Under the pieces are notes generated by a model, which worked only from the letters and a program-made list of their open reading frames with translations, searched no databases and had not been told where the DNA came from. Below are positions 1 through 10,402 of a stretch of DNA of 64,000 nucleotides, in pieces; within the stretch, counting starts at the first letter, position 1, and every line of letters begins with the position of its first letter. The position numbers and the translations under genes were made by a program. Source of the DNA: Christensenellales bacterium. GTDB taxonomy: Bacteria; Bacillota; Clostridia; Christensenellales; CAG-138. The stretch lies in the NCBI GenBank assembly GCA_045114775.1, contig JBGULC010000013.1, forward strand, positions 49,176 through 113,175, given 5' to 3'.

Positions 1-666
1 CTGTTCCTCGTCGCGCTCAGGCGCAAGGCGAAGCTGCTCCTGATACTCGCTGAGCACGATCGAGATCTCCTCGTCCGTCAGCTCCTCGCCGGAGGGACGT
101 TCGTTTTCCGGGCTGCCCTTCGCGCGCCATTCCTGCCAAATCGCGGCCTGCTCGTTGAAATTCTCGATCTGTGCCGCAACCTTTTCCTTGGTTTCGGCGC
201 CGGAAAGCCGCTTCACCGGCTTCGGCAGAAGCGCGTTCAGGATGGAAAGCGCTTCCTCCTTTGCAAAGTTCCGCTCCTTCGTGCGGTAAACCGGATAGAC
301 GCCGTCGGCGCGCGTTACGATCTGCGCGTCGATCGTGATGTTCAGCTTGTCGGTGACGGAGACCGAATCGTTCCAGTGCGCCGGGAACGTCTGCCGCATG
401 ACCGGCTGTTCCGACGCTGCCGGTTCGCCTGCCTGCGGCTTTCCCGTCTCCTCCGGTGCGGGAGCGGAAGCCGCTCCGGGGCCCAGATTCGTCGTGGGTT
501 CGGACGCTTCGGCTCGGATCGTGTCCTCAGGGATCGGCAGCGGCGCCGCGTTGAGCTTCTGCTCCAGAAGATCGTCCTGCTTGTTGACGACATACTCCTG
601 CTCCGGCGTCGGAACGCAGGCTGCAAGCAGCGCAAGCGCAAGCAACAGCACAAACAAACGTTTCAT
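1..666 (-). CDS. Secreted lipoprotein, paralog A of the CxPTPE family (DUF6034-like); 3' end runs off the window
   Basis: Not in the ORF track (no stop in window). ATG at 666 after GAAAGGAG; reads MKRLFVLLLALALLAACVPTPEQEYVVNKQDDLLEQKL...RQTFPAHWND...RADGVYPVYRT, colinear with 3342..4814. Lipobox LAAC. Confidence 0.85.
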   Translation of the reverse strand, partial: MKRLFVLLLALALLAACVPTPEQEYVVNKQDDLLEQKLNAAPLPIPEDTIRAEASEPTTNLGPGAASAPAPEETGKPQAGEPAASEQPVMRQTFPAHWNDSVSVTDKLNITIDAQIVTRADGVYPVYRTKERNFAKEEALSILNALLPKPVKRLSGAETKEKVAAQIENFNEQAAIWQEWRAKGSPENERPSGEELTDEEISIVLSEYQEQLRLAPERDEEQ

Positions 667-680
667 AAATCTCCTTTCTG

Positions 681-786
681 CGGGAGGCCGGGGTCGGTCT
701 CCCCCACATGGTGTATCTCCGTAGGGACGACCATCGGTCGTCCGTTGTTTCGAGGATTGCGGCGGACGGGCACTGCCCGTCCCTAC
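681..786. repeat. Three GTAG/GTGG-headed REP-like palindromes; 721-744 and 763-786 form an inverted pair (REPIN-like)
   Basis: 721-744 GTAG-GGACGACC-ATC-GGTCGTCC-G; reverse complement of 763-786 GTAG-GGACGGGC-AGT-GCCCGTCC-G; reverse complement of 681-707 GTGG-GGGAGACCG-ACCC-CGGCCTCCC-G. Confidence 0.7.
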
Positions 787-876
787 CGGCATACAGATTC
801 AAGGTCCGGGCGCCATACAAATCCGTCAAATCCGGCGGCGTAAGAGGTTGAGCTTGTGCCGGTGAAGATCTCTCCC

Positions 877-1070
877 TCCGCCTCGCTTCGCTCGGCACCT
901 CCCTCGTCAGAGGGAGGTCGGATTATACGCCCTTTGTCCGCCGGATAACGAACAGCGTCGCCGTTCGGCACGCAAGCGTGTAACGCAAGTATCACACAGA
1001 TCCGGCAGCGTATGTGCGACACCTCATCCGCCTTCGCTCACGCTACGGCACCTTCCCCTCAAGGGGAAGG
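877..1070 (+). repeat. Two copies of a second small palindromic repeat (877-917 and 1027-1070)
   Basis: TCCGCC...CGGCACCTCCCTC-GTCA-GAGGGAGG and TCCGCC...CGGCACCTTCCCC-TCAA-GGGGAAGG; shared head, CGGCACCT core and terminal hairpin. Confidence 0.6.
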
Positions 1071-1212
1071 CTTTTCGGAAGGTGATCCGTCAGATCCGGC
1101 GACATGCGCGGCGGATCTGACACCTTGCGGCGCAGACCGCCCGAAAATCCCCAGGATTTTAGGTCTGCACCGTGAATCTCGCCGAAATCCTGATTTCGGT
1201 GAAAGCGCAGCG

Positions 1213-1851
1213 TCATAGCATTGTCATCACGCCCGCGTCCATCTCACAGACCGTGTCGCAGAGGACCTCGATGTCGGCGATGTTGTGGCTTGCAAGCAAA
1301 ATCGTCCGTCCGTCGGTGGCGAGCGATTTGAACAGCTCGCGCATTTCGGCGACACCGTTCTTATCGAGACCGTTCATCGGCTCGTCAAGGATCATCAAGG
1401 ATGGATCCTCCATGATCGCCTGTGCGATGCCGAGGCGCTGCCGCATACCGAGACTGTACTTTCCGACGGGTTTAGAGCTCATCGGGTCGAGCCCCACGCG
1501 GCGAATCGTGTCGGCGATCTGCTTCAGATTGATTTTCCGTTTCAGCGACGCAAGGATTTCAAGATTCTTGAGCCCCGAAAGCTGAGGGAGAAAGCCCGGC
1601 GTTTCGATGATCAGCCCGATGTCCTCCGGAAAGTCGACGTCCTTGCCGATCTGCTTGCCGTTCACCAGCACCTTGCCGCTTGTCGGCTGCAGAAACCCGC
1701 AGATGCACTTGAACATGACGGTTTTGCCGGAGCCGTTGTTGCCGACGACGCCGTGGATCTTGCCCGCCTCAAAGTTGCGGTTGATGCCCTTCAGCACCGT
1801 GTCCTGCCCGAACACCTTGATAAGATCGTGTACTTCGATTGCGTTTGTCAT
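1213..1851 (-). CDS. ABC transporter ATP-binding protein (BcrA/LanF-like exporter ATPase)
   Basis: Walker A GNNGSGKT, signature YSLGMRQR, Walker B MILDEP, H-loop LASH; GAGG RBS. Confidence 0.93.
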   Translation of the reverse strand: MTNAIEVHDLIKVFGQDTVLKGINRNFEAGKIHGVVGNNGSGKTVMFKCICGFLQPTSGKVLVNGKQIGKDVDFPEDIGLIIETPGFLPQLSGLKNLEILASLKRKINLKQIADTIRRVGLDPMSSKPVGKYSLGMRQRLGIAQAIMEDPSLMILDEPMNGLDKNGVAEMRELFKSLATDGRTILLASHNIADIEVLCDTVCEMDAGVMTML

Positions 1852-1863
1852 AACCGTTTCACC

Positions 1864-3330
1864 TCAATAGCCCTTTCTCCAGTCGATGATGCTGCCGTCG
1901 ATCGCGTTGATGACGCAGATCGGACTAAGTTCCCGATGATCGCCGTCCGCGCTATCATAGGTTCCGCAGAGAATCCACGCGGGGATCATCAGCCCCGTTT
2001 CCATACTGTTTTGTTCGCGGATGCGGAACAGTCCGAGCTTGACGCCCGTGATCTGAACTGTCGCGCCTTTTCCGTAAAGCTGTCGGTTCATCTGTTGCTC
2101 AAACAGCCGCATGATTTCTTCAAAGGAAAGCAGCGGCGTCGATTCCGTGATCGTTTCCGTGATTTTCGAAGCGCCGTACCATGCAAGGGACAGCGGCTTG
2201 CCGTCTGCAGAAACCGCCGCGATCACGCTTTCGTAATACCATTCGGGCGCATACTGCAATTCCGCTTCCTCCCTGTCCGAATGAACTCCGTAAAGGTTGA
2301 TATACGGCGCCTCCGAACCGTCATACACCGGCGTCAGACGAATCAGGTATCCATATGTGCCGACGACGCCCGCACCGTCGCCGTCGGTATCGGCGTTGTT
2401 GCTCCAGTATACGTCGTCGATGCCAAGCGTGACCAGCCCGTCAAAATACGCCAAAGCCGCATCTGCCGCTGCCCGCGGCGTGACCGATGCGCCGTCGTGC
2501 ACGACGTCATAGTCTTCCGGTTCGATCCGCTCCACGCCGGGCTTGCTTGTGATATTGAAACCGGACGCAGTCACGTTCTTGCTTCGGTCGCTCTGCGGTT
2601 CGGTGTATTCGATCGCGCGTCCCCGGTCGTCCCGGAACACGAAAACGTTCGGTTGAAACGCAATGTTCGTCCTGCCCTCGGACTCCGTTACAATGATCGT
2701 AAAGGTCGTTTCCCCGGTCGGCGCGGCACCGTCCCATTTTTGGAACGGCATCGGCGCGTCATCCGCCGGGATGTTGCGATAGTATTCCTGCCAGTAGGCG
2801 AGCTGTTCCCTGCGGTATGAAATGAACGCATCGTAATCTTCTTTTGTCGCCCCGGAGAACGCATAGTCCTTCCGGTATTCCTCAAAGGTCGGCTCTTCCA
2901 GCAATCCGCGAATCATATCTTCGACGCTTTTACGGCTCAGCACATCCTGATAGATATACAGATCATCGGTTCCCAAAAACCTTGCGGCAAGCGTCAGACG
3001 CTCCGCGTCGGTCAGACTGCGGCGTTCGACGCGCAGCATCGGAAACACGCTGTCCGTTAGAATGCGGATCAGTACGTCGCCTTCGATTCTCGCCCCGTCG
3101 TTTGTCACAAAATCGCATTGAAACCGTTCCGGCATCAGCGCTTTCGCCGGCTCCGGCGTCGGTATTGCTTCGCCCTGCTGCTCCGGTTTCTGTTCGTCTC
3201 TCTGTTCTTCCTTGATAACCGTATCGATCAGCACATTGGTATTCTTTTGCTTGACCGCGTCCTCCTCCGGCGTGGGCTGGCAGGCAAGAAGCAGCGCAAG
3301 CGATAAGCAAAGAATTATGATTCGTTTCAT
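1864..3330 (-). CDS. Lipoprotein paralog B (CxPTPE family, DUF6034-like), 488 aa
   Basis: Start reassigned to MKRIIILCLSLALLLACQPTPEE (GAGG RBS); C-terminus LLSFEEI...MIPAW...INAIDGSIIDWRKGY. Confidence 0.85.
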   Translation of the reverse strand: MKRIIILCLSLALLLACQPTPEEDAVKQKNTNVLIDTVIKEEQRDEQKPEQQGEAIPTPEPAKALMPERFQCDFVTNDGARIEGDVLIRILTDSVFPMLRVERRSLTDAERLTLAARFLGTDDLYIYQDVLSRKSVEDMIRGLLEEPTFEEYRKDYAFSGATKEDYDAFISYRREQLAYWQEYYRNIPADDAPMPFQKWDGAAPTGETTFTIIVTESEGRTNIAFQPNVFVFRDDRGRAIEYTEPQSDRSKNVTASGFNITSKPGVERIEPEDYDVVHDGASVTPRAAADAALAYFDGLVTLGIDDVYWSNNADTDGDGAGVVGTYGYLIRLTPVYDGSEAPYINLYGVHSDREEAELQYAPEWYYESVIAAVSADGKPLSLAWYGASKITETITESTPLLSFEEIMRLFEQQMNRQLYGKGATVQITGVKLGLFRIREQNSMETGLMIPAWILCGTYDSADGDHRELSPICVINAIDGSIIDWRKGY

Positions 3331-3341
3331 CTTTTTTCCTC

Positions 3342-4814
3342 TCAATACCCATAATCCGGGCGCACGATCGAGCCGTCGACCGCGTTGATGACCAGCACGT
3401 CGTGCCCCGTGTTCGGATCGTTCAGTTCCTGATTTCGCGTCGATTTGAGGTATTCCCAGCTGGCTTCGCCGTTCAACGGAAAGCACCAGTCGTAGGAGAC
3501 GATCCAGCAGGGCATCTCATAGAAATCCGAGGAGTCCTTCACGCGCAGGGTGAATGTCGAAAGCATGACGTCATAGATCTCAAGCTCCAACCGCGGCCAA
3601 TTTTCTTCGTAATCCTGCGTACACTGCTGGATCATTTCATAGGGGAAGCACGTGATAAGCGCATTTGCGATCCGTTCCTTGATCTCGTCGAAGGGAAGCA
3701 GCTCCACATTCGCGTTGACCAGTCCCGATACATCCTTCGGACCGTCATATCGGATCATCTGCAAGCCATCCTTTGTGACGAACATCAAGAGCTTTTCCGG
3801 CGGGATGACTTTGTTGAACATATAGCCGTCGCCGCTGCCGTATTCGAGATCCTGTGTCGCCTCCACATGGCTTGCAAGCTGCGGATAGCCATCAAAGTCG
3901 CGTTTGAGCCCGAAGCACCAGCCGCCCGCGATTGCTGCGTCCGGGTGTTTGCTTTCAAACAGCGTTGCTTCGTAGCTACCCGTGATCGAAAAGCCCGCAA
4001 AGCCGAGCCGTTCCGCTTCCGAAAGACAGATGTTCTTTGCGTCCTCGTAAGAGATTTCGGGCTCCATCCATTCTGCGTATCTGCCTTCTTTCCATTTGAG
4101 GTCCTCCTGATAGTTATACACGGAGTAGAGATTGGGAAAGTCACGACAGCCCTTTGTGATGACATAGAAGCCCTTTTCGAAACAGATGCTTGCATCCCCG
4201 CCGGAAGCAAGCGTAAACGCCAAGGTTTTGTTCTCCTGCAGCCCGGAATAATCGTTGACCGCCTGCGAGGTCAAACTGTCCGGCGCGTTTTGGATCCACT
4301 TCTTGTACCGGTTCATCTGTTCCTCGATCTCCTCCGGCGTCCATTCGTACTCGTCCACATTGGTCCAGTCATCCGGTTTGCCCGCGGCGACCCATTCGTC
4401 ATAGCGTGCACGCTCGTCTAAAAAGTGCTGCAGCTGCCGTTCATAGTCCTTCTTGGTCATCAGCGATTCCGAGGACGACGTCGGCTTATCCAGAAACTTG
4501 ACCGCAATGTTTGCGACGGTATCCGCTGTGATCTCAGTTTCACGCGTGCGGTAAACAGGATAGAGTCCATCCGCTTTGGTTCGGACGTCGGCGTGCGCGC
4601 GAACGACAAGGTGCTCGCTTTCTTTCAGAGGTTCTTCGTCCCAGCGATCGGGGAAGGATTGCCGTCCGACGCCTTTTTGGGCGTCGCCCTGCGGCTCGTT
4701 CAGCTTTTGCTCCACGGTGTCGTCGCCCTTGTTGACGACAAACTCCTGCTCCGGCGTGGGTTGACAGGCTGCAAGCAATGCAAGGATCAGACAGACAATG
4801 ATAATACGTTTCAT
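3342..4814 (-). CDS. Lipoprotein paralog C (CxPTPE family, DUF6034-like), 490 aa
   Basis: MKRIIIVCLILALLAACQPTPEQEFVVNK; C-terminus LLPFDEI...MPCW...INAVDGSIVRPDYGY; AAGGAG RBS. Confidence 0.87.
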   Translation of the reverse strand: MKRIIIVCLILALLAACQPTPEQEFVVNKGDDTVEQKLNEPQGDAQKGVGRQSFPDRWDEEPLKESEHLVVRAHADVRTKADGLYPVYRTRETEITADTVANIAVKFLDKPTSSSESLMTKKDYERQLQHFLDERARYDEWVAAGKPDDWTNVDEYEWTPEEIEEQMNRYKKWIQNAPDSLTSQAVNDYSGLQENKTLAFTLASGGDASICFEKGFYVITKGCRDFPNLYSVYNYQEDLKWKEGRYAEWMEPEISYEDAKNICLSEAERLGFAGFSITGSYEATLFESKHPDAAIAGGWCFGLKRDFDGYPQLASHVEATQDLEYGSGDGYMFNKVIPPEKLLMFVTKDGLQMIRYDGPKDVSGLVNANVELLPFDEIKERIANALITCFPYEMIQQCTQDYEENWPRLELEIYDVMLSTFTLRVKDSSDFYEMPCWIVSYDWCFPLNGEASWEYLKSTRNQELNDPNTGHDVLVINAVDGSIVRPDYGY

Positions 4815-4829
4815 AGCGTTCTCCTTCCT

Positions 4830-6590
4830 TTACGATTGTTCGGTTCCGAGGAACATGAAGTTATACTTGCGGATGGCAAGCAGGATGCCGATCATCAGCA
4901 AAACGATCATTCCGGCAAAGATCGCATACGTCTGCCAGAGCCGCGGCAGAAGGTCGTAGCCGAAGTTGTGCATGTGATACGTCGCCTGATTCAAGGGGCT
5001 CAGCCAGCCCACAGCAACGTTTGCCTTGTACATCAGCTCGTCCGGCAGATTGAACATCTGCTTGATGAGTTCCGGGTTCAGGAGCAGTCCGTACAGCGAG
5101 AAGGCAAATGCCGCGACCACGCCCGCGCTCTTACCGCGGAGGAGCTTCATGAAGAGCATAAGCAGCGCGAGCACGAGCGTGTACAGCAGCATCAGGAGGA
5201 AAATCGTCGCAGCGCATTGGTACGGACGTGACATCTCGAGTGTTTTGACGAGCGCCGGCAGCGCAACCGCCTTGCCCGCGCCGGAATAGCCGAGGATTGC
5301 CGCCGTTTCCGACCACATATTGCCGATAAAGCTGTTCTGCATGCAGATCAGCGTCGTCGCAATCAGAATGAAAACCATATAGATGAGCGTCGCAAGTATC
5401 AGGTACAAAAGCTGTCCCCATGCCCATGTCGACCGCTTCATACGGACGAGATAATACGGTACGCCCGCGCCGAGGAACGGAATGTCCGCAAAGAGCAGAA
5501 CGAGCAGCAGCGATATGAGCAGCACGGAGTTCGCGTCGCCGAAGGTCCAGACGAACGGCTCGAACGCCTGCATGGCTGTGCCCATGTCGTAGGCGAAGCT
5601 CGCCGCCTTATCCGAAAGCAGGAAGCACAAAATGAACGCAAGTGCAAACGTCAGAATGATGCGGACGTTGCCGCGCCACATGCGGAAGTTGTACCGCACA
5701 ACCGCCCACACCTGCGACAGCGTATAAAGAACGGGATTCTGCTGTTTCACCGCTTTCGGCTTTGCTTGTGCAATGCGCTTTTCAAGCAGCTTTTGCGAGA
5801 AGTTCTGCGCCCCGTAATGGTGCTTCTGCCGCTTGTCGTCGCGAAGTTCGGTCTGCACGGTCATATAAAAGACAAGCTGCAGGATCAATGTAAGCATCAA
5901 AAGCGTCAGCGCCGCGCTCTTGCCCTCGAGCGGCCACGCGCCCTGCATGGTCAGATAGTTTTTCGGGTTCAGCATGAACGTCGTGCGGAAGTAGCGCTCC
6001 TGCAGGATGATCAAAACATAGTAGAAGATAAACGGCGCGGCATACGCAAGGTACACGTTCTGCGTCAGCGACGAGCAAAGAAGCCCGACGCTTGCCCACA
6101 TGGCGCCGGAGAGGAAGAACAAAAAGCAGCGCAGAACGATGTCCGGAATCTTCGATTCGACCGCCCATTCGCCGTACGCTTCCATCGGGGAGAACACGAG
6201 CATGAAGACGCCGAGCGCGGTCAAGATTCCGAGCACGAGCGCCAGCCCGCCCGAGACCGCCGCGCCGATGCCCTTGCCGAGGATGTAGCGCGTCACGCTG
6301 GTGCGCGTCAGGTATGGCTTCAGATACCCGGACTTCACGTCGTCGGTGAACGCGGTCGTGTAGGGGATCGCGGCAAGGATCGGAACGGCGAACAGGATGA
6401 TATCGCTTGAGAGCGCATTCAGCAAAAGCTCACGGTGATAGCCGTAGAGTACATAGCCGTCCTCCATGCGGAACACGGAAAGCGCATCCGAGAACGCGCC
6501 GATACATAGGCACAATACCATGCCGCCGTACGCGATCAGAAACGATCGCCCGAATATTGCTCTTCTGATGTCTCCCCAGATTTGTCTCAT
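4830..6590 (-). CDS. ABC exporter permease; two ABC-2-like membrane domains fused, 586 aa
   Basis: Start at MRQIWGD (AAAGGA RBS). Two multi-TM halves (DVKSGYLKPYLTRTSVTRYILGK; DIPFLGAGVPYYLVRMKRSTW) joined by a hydrophilic K/Q-rich linker; same strand and cluster as the ATPase. Confidence 0.75.
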   Translation of the reverse strand: MRQIWGDIRRAIFGRSFLIAYGGMVLCLCIGAFSDALSVFRMEDGYVLYGYHRELLLNALSSDIILFAVPILAAIPYTTAFTDDVKSGYLKPYLTRTSVTRYILGKGIGAAVSGGLALVLGILTALGVFMLVFSPMEAYGEWAVESKIPDIVLRCFLFFLSGAMWASVGLLCSSLTQNVYLAYAAPFIFYYVLIILQERYFRTTFMLNPKNYLTMQGAWPLEGKSAALTLLMLTLILQLVFYMTVQTELRDDKRQKHHYGAQNFSQKLLEKRIAQAKPKAVKQQNPVLYTLSQVWAVVRYNFRMWRGNVRIILTFALAFILCFLLSDKAASFAYDMGTAMQAFEPFVWTFGDANSVLLISLLLVLLFADIPFLGAGVPYYLVRMKRSTWAWGQLLYLILATLIYMVFILIATTLICMQNSFIGNMWSETAAILGYSGAGKAVALPALVKTLEMSRPYQCAATIFLLMLLYTLVLALLMLFMKLLRGKSAGVVAAFAFSLYGLLLNPELIKQMFNLPDELMYKANVAVGWLSPLNQATYHMHNFGYDLLPRLWQTYAIFAGMIVLLMIGILLAIRKYNFMFLGTEQS

Positions 6591-6637
6591 ACTGTTTCCT
6601 TTCACCAAGATGCCAAACGCATCCTATCTTTCGGGTC

Positions 6638-8044
6638 TCAATAGCCGAGATACCGGTCGATGACGCTGCCGTCAACGGCGTTGATCGTCAGGATGGACAT
6701 ACGCTCGAAAAAGGCCTGGCTGATCGCTTTCTCGCCGGGCGTCGCATCCCAGTCGTAAACCACGTAGCCGATGAAATCCCATACGGGAACCAGCCGGTAT
6801 TCGTCGGAATTCGGCACCTGCACCCGCATATAGGAGAACTGAATGCTCGTGACCCTGTACGTCAAATCATATCCCTCATCGAGATAAACGCTCATGAACA
6901 CCTGCCGCTTGAAGATCTCCATGATCCGCTCGAACGGCAGCAGCGGCACGTTCTCGTTTTCCACCTGTGTGACCGTAAAGGGACTTCTCCACTGCAGCTG
7001 AACCACTTCGCCGTTGTACAGCGTGCCGAAGATCTCCTCCTGATCCAGATTGCGGGCAAAGGAAACACCCGCCGCCTGACGCCCGGTGTCGGAGCCGTAC
7101 ATGGTCACGTACGGGTAAACCGGAATGCCCTCGTAAACGGGCAGCAGGGAGAAAACCTTATATCCGCTTTCAAACCCGGTCTCGACGCTGTATCGCATCC
7201 GGGTCATCTCGTCCGCGTCGTTGATGTACTGCGGGATCACGCGGGCGTAGCCCAAACTGTTCGCAAAGTCCGCGGCGTTATTAAGCCATTGCCGTTCTTC
7301 TTCGTTCCGTGGACCTCTGGGATGATCTATCCAGTCGCCGATGGACGATGGATGATTCCCCGCACTGTAAACAAAGTGACTGCTGCCGACGTTGTGCATG
7401 CCGATCCCCTTTTCGCCGCTGCTGATGCTGATCGCTTCCTTGGCGTCGTCAAAGGATCCGGTCCACGGCTGACTCGGATGGTCGTTTTCTCCGGTCGCCA
7501 TTCGATAGCTCTCGGCATAGGCGTCCAGATGCTGCTGTACTTCGTTCCGGATGGCGTCGTAGTCCGCAGTCGGGCCGTACGGCTTTTGGTCCAACGCATT
7601 GAGCCATTTTTGATAGAACGCCAGATGGACTTCGGCATATGCCCGTTCGCTGTGTCCGGGGCGAATATAGGGCCCGTCGCCCAATAGAAGCTTCGCGATG
7701 CGCTCCGCCGCTTTTTCCGGCTCATAGCCGACCTGTCCGCGCAGGACCGGGACCTTTTCCACGTTCGGGACCTCCACCTCGGCGTCCATTTCGATATACA
7801 GATGAGCGCCGACGGCGTTCCCGTCGAAGTTCTCCTGCACCCGTTCCGGCGCATTCAGCGAAAGGCACAGAGTGTTCTGCTCCGATGCTGTGTCGGTCTC
7901 ATCCGAATAATCCGGAACCGGCGTCGCCGCAAGCTGCTGCTCGAGTGTGCCTTCGTTTTTATGGATCACGACTTCTTCCTCCGGTGTCGGTACGCAGGCA
8001 AGAAGCAGCATTATAAAAGCCATCAGAACCGCAATCCGTTTCAT
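6638..8044 (-). CDS. Lipoprotein paralog D (CxPTPE family, DUF6034-like), 468 aa
   Basis: Start at MKRIAVLMAFIMLLLACVPTPEEEVVIHK after GGAGGA; C-terminus LLPFERI...LVPVWDF...INAVDGSVIDRYLGY. Confidence 0.87.
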   Translation of the reverse strand: MKRIAVLMAFIMLLLACVPTPEEEVVIHKNEGTLEQQLAATPVPDYSDETDTASEQNTLCLSLNAPERVQENFDGNAVGAHLYIEMDAEVEVPNVEKVPVLRGQVGYEPEKAAERIAKLLLGDGPYIRPGHSERAYAEVHLAFYQKWLNALDQKPYGPTADYDAIRNEVQQHLDAYAESYRMATGENDHPSQPWTGSFDDAKEAISISSGEKGIGMHNVGSSHFVYSAGNHPSSIGDWIDHPRGPRNEEERQWLNNAADFANSLGYARVIPQYINDADEMTRMRYSVETGFESGYKVFSLLPVYEGIPVYPYVTMYGSDTGRQAAGVSFARNLDQEEIFGTLYNGEVVQLQWRSPFTVTQVENENVPLLPFERIMEIFKRQVFMSVYLDEGYDLTYRVTSIQFSYMRVQVPNSDEYRLVPVWDFIGYVVYDWDATPGEKAISQAFFERMSILTINAVDGSVIDRYLGY

Positions 8045-8145
8045 TTCAATTCCTCCATCTGTATCGTATCGGTTTTTGCGCGAAAAGTTGTTGCCGTTTT
8101 GTAATCGAATTGTAATCATTCGACCGTTTTTCCTTTTACAACATC

Positions 8146-8210
8146 ATTATAAAATCGAGATGTCACAGAGTTGTCACAAAGTTGTCACGGAGTTGTAAAA
8201 TCTTGTCGCA
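8146..8210 (-). promoter_or_regulatory. Promoter of the lipoprotein/ABC cluster with 11-bp-periodic TGTCAC direct repeats
   Basis: Minus-strand TATAAT at 8146-8151; no consensus -35; TGTCAC at 8161, 8172, 8183, with degenerate TGTAAA (8194) and TGTCGC (8204). Confidence 0.6.
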
Positions 8211-8557
8211 TTTTTGCGGTTTAATCGTTTTTTTGCGATTTTCGTCAAAACAAACAGCCTCTCCGTCATATAAGACGTTCGAACCCGGCCGGATGTAACA
8301 TGCCGCAGGTGATTTTTCAGCAAAACCGAATCCTCCCGGACCGTTCATTCTGTATAACGATCCGGGAGGCGAAAGGCTGCAGCGTTCGGAAGATTTTTTT
8401 GCATTCCCGCGGTGGGGAAGGGGAGAGATTTCACGGGGAAAACGGAATGTGCGCCCGCGGGGACACAGCTTTTCCGGACGCCTGACGCACGCGCGCCGCC
8501 GGATCGTCCGCCGAAAGAACGGAGCAGTCATTTGGGCGCGGAACCGGCTACTTTTCG

Positions 8558-8586
8558 TTGACAATGACGGCCGGATATGGTAAATT
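8558..8586 (+). promoter_or_regulatory. Sigma-A-type promoter for the proline catabolism cluster
   Basis: TTGACA-17 bp-TAAATT with an extended TG. Confidence 0.55.
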
Positions 8587-8688
8587 ATCCATGGTGCATT
8601 TCAGATGCTTTTTTATGGTATTCCAAATGGTTTGGAAATATAAAAAAGGCTTGACTCTCTTGCGGATAAGCCGAAAATAGGAGGATCT

Positions 8689-10317
<1,629 letters not shown>

Positions 10318-10328
10318 AGTACTGTTCG

Positions 10329-10359
10329 GAAGAAAGCCATGAATCATCTGGCTTTCTTC
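10329..10359 (+). other. Intergenic stem-loop (terminator or mRNA-stabilising hairpin)
   Basis: GAAGAAAGCCA...TGGCTTTCTTC inverted repeat just after the pruA stop. Confidence 0.5.
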
Positions 10360-10402
10360 CTTCTATAAAAAGAGAATCATACTTATGAAAGGAACTGCCC
10401 AA

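Noticed and set aside
681-1120. Palindromic repeats as a CRISPR array
   Set aside because: Units differ in sequence and orientation, spacing is irregular, and no cas genes are present.
8211-8688. T-box or other riboswitch upstream of the proline genes; ORF 8163..8564
   Set aside because: No T-box consensus (AAGGTGGTACC-like) or terminator/antiterminator pair seen; the ORF has no RBS or motifs.
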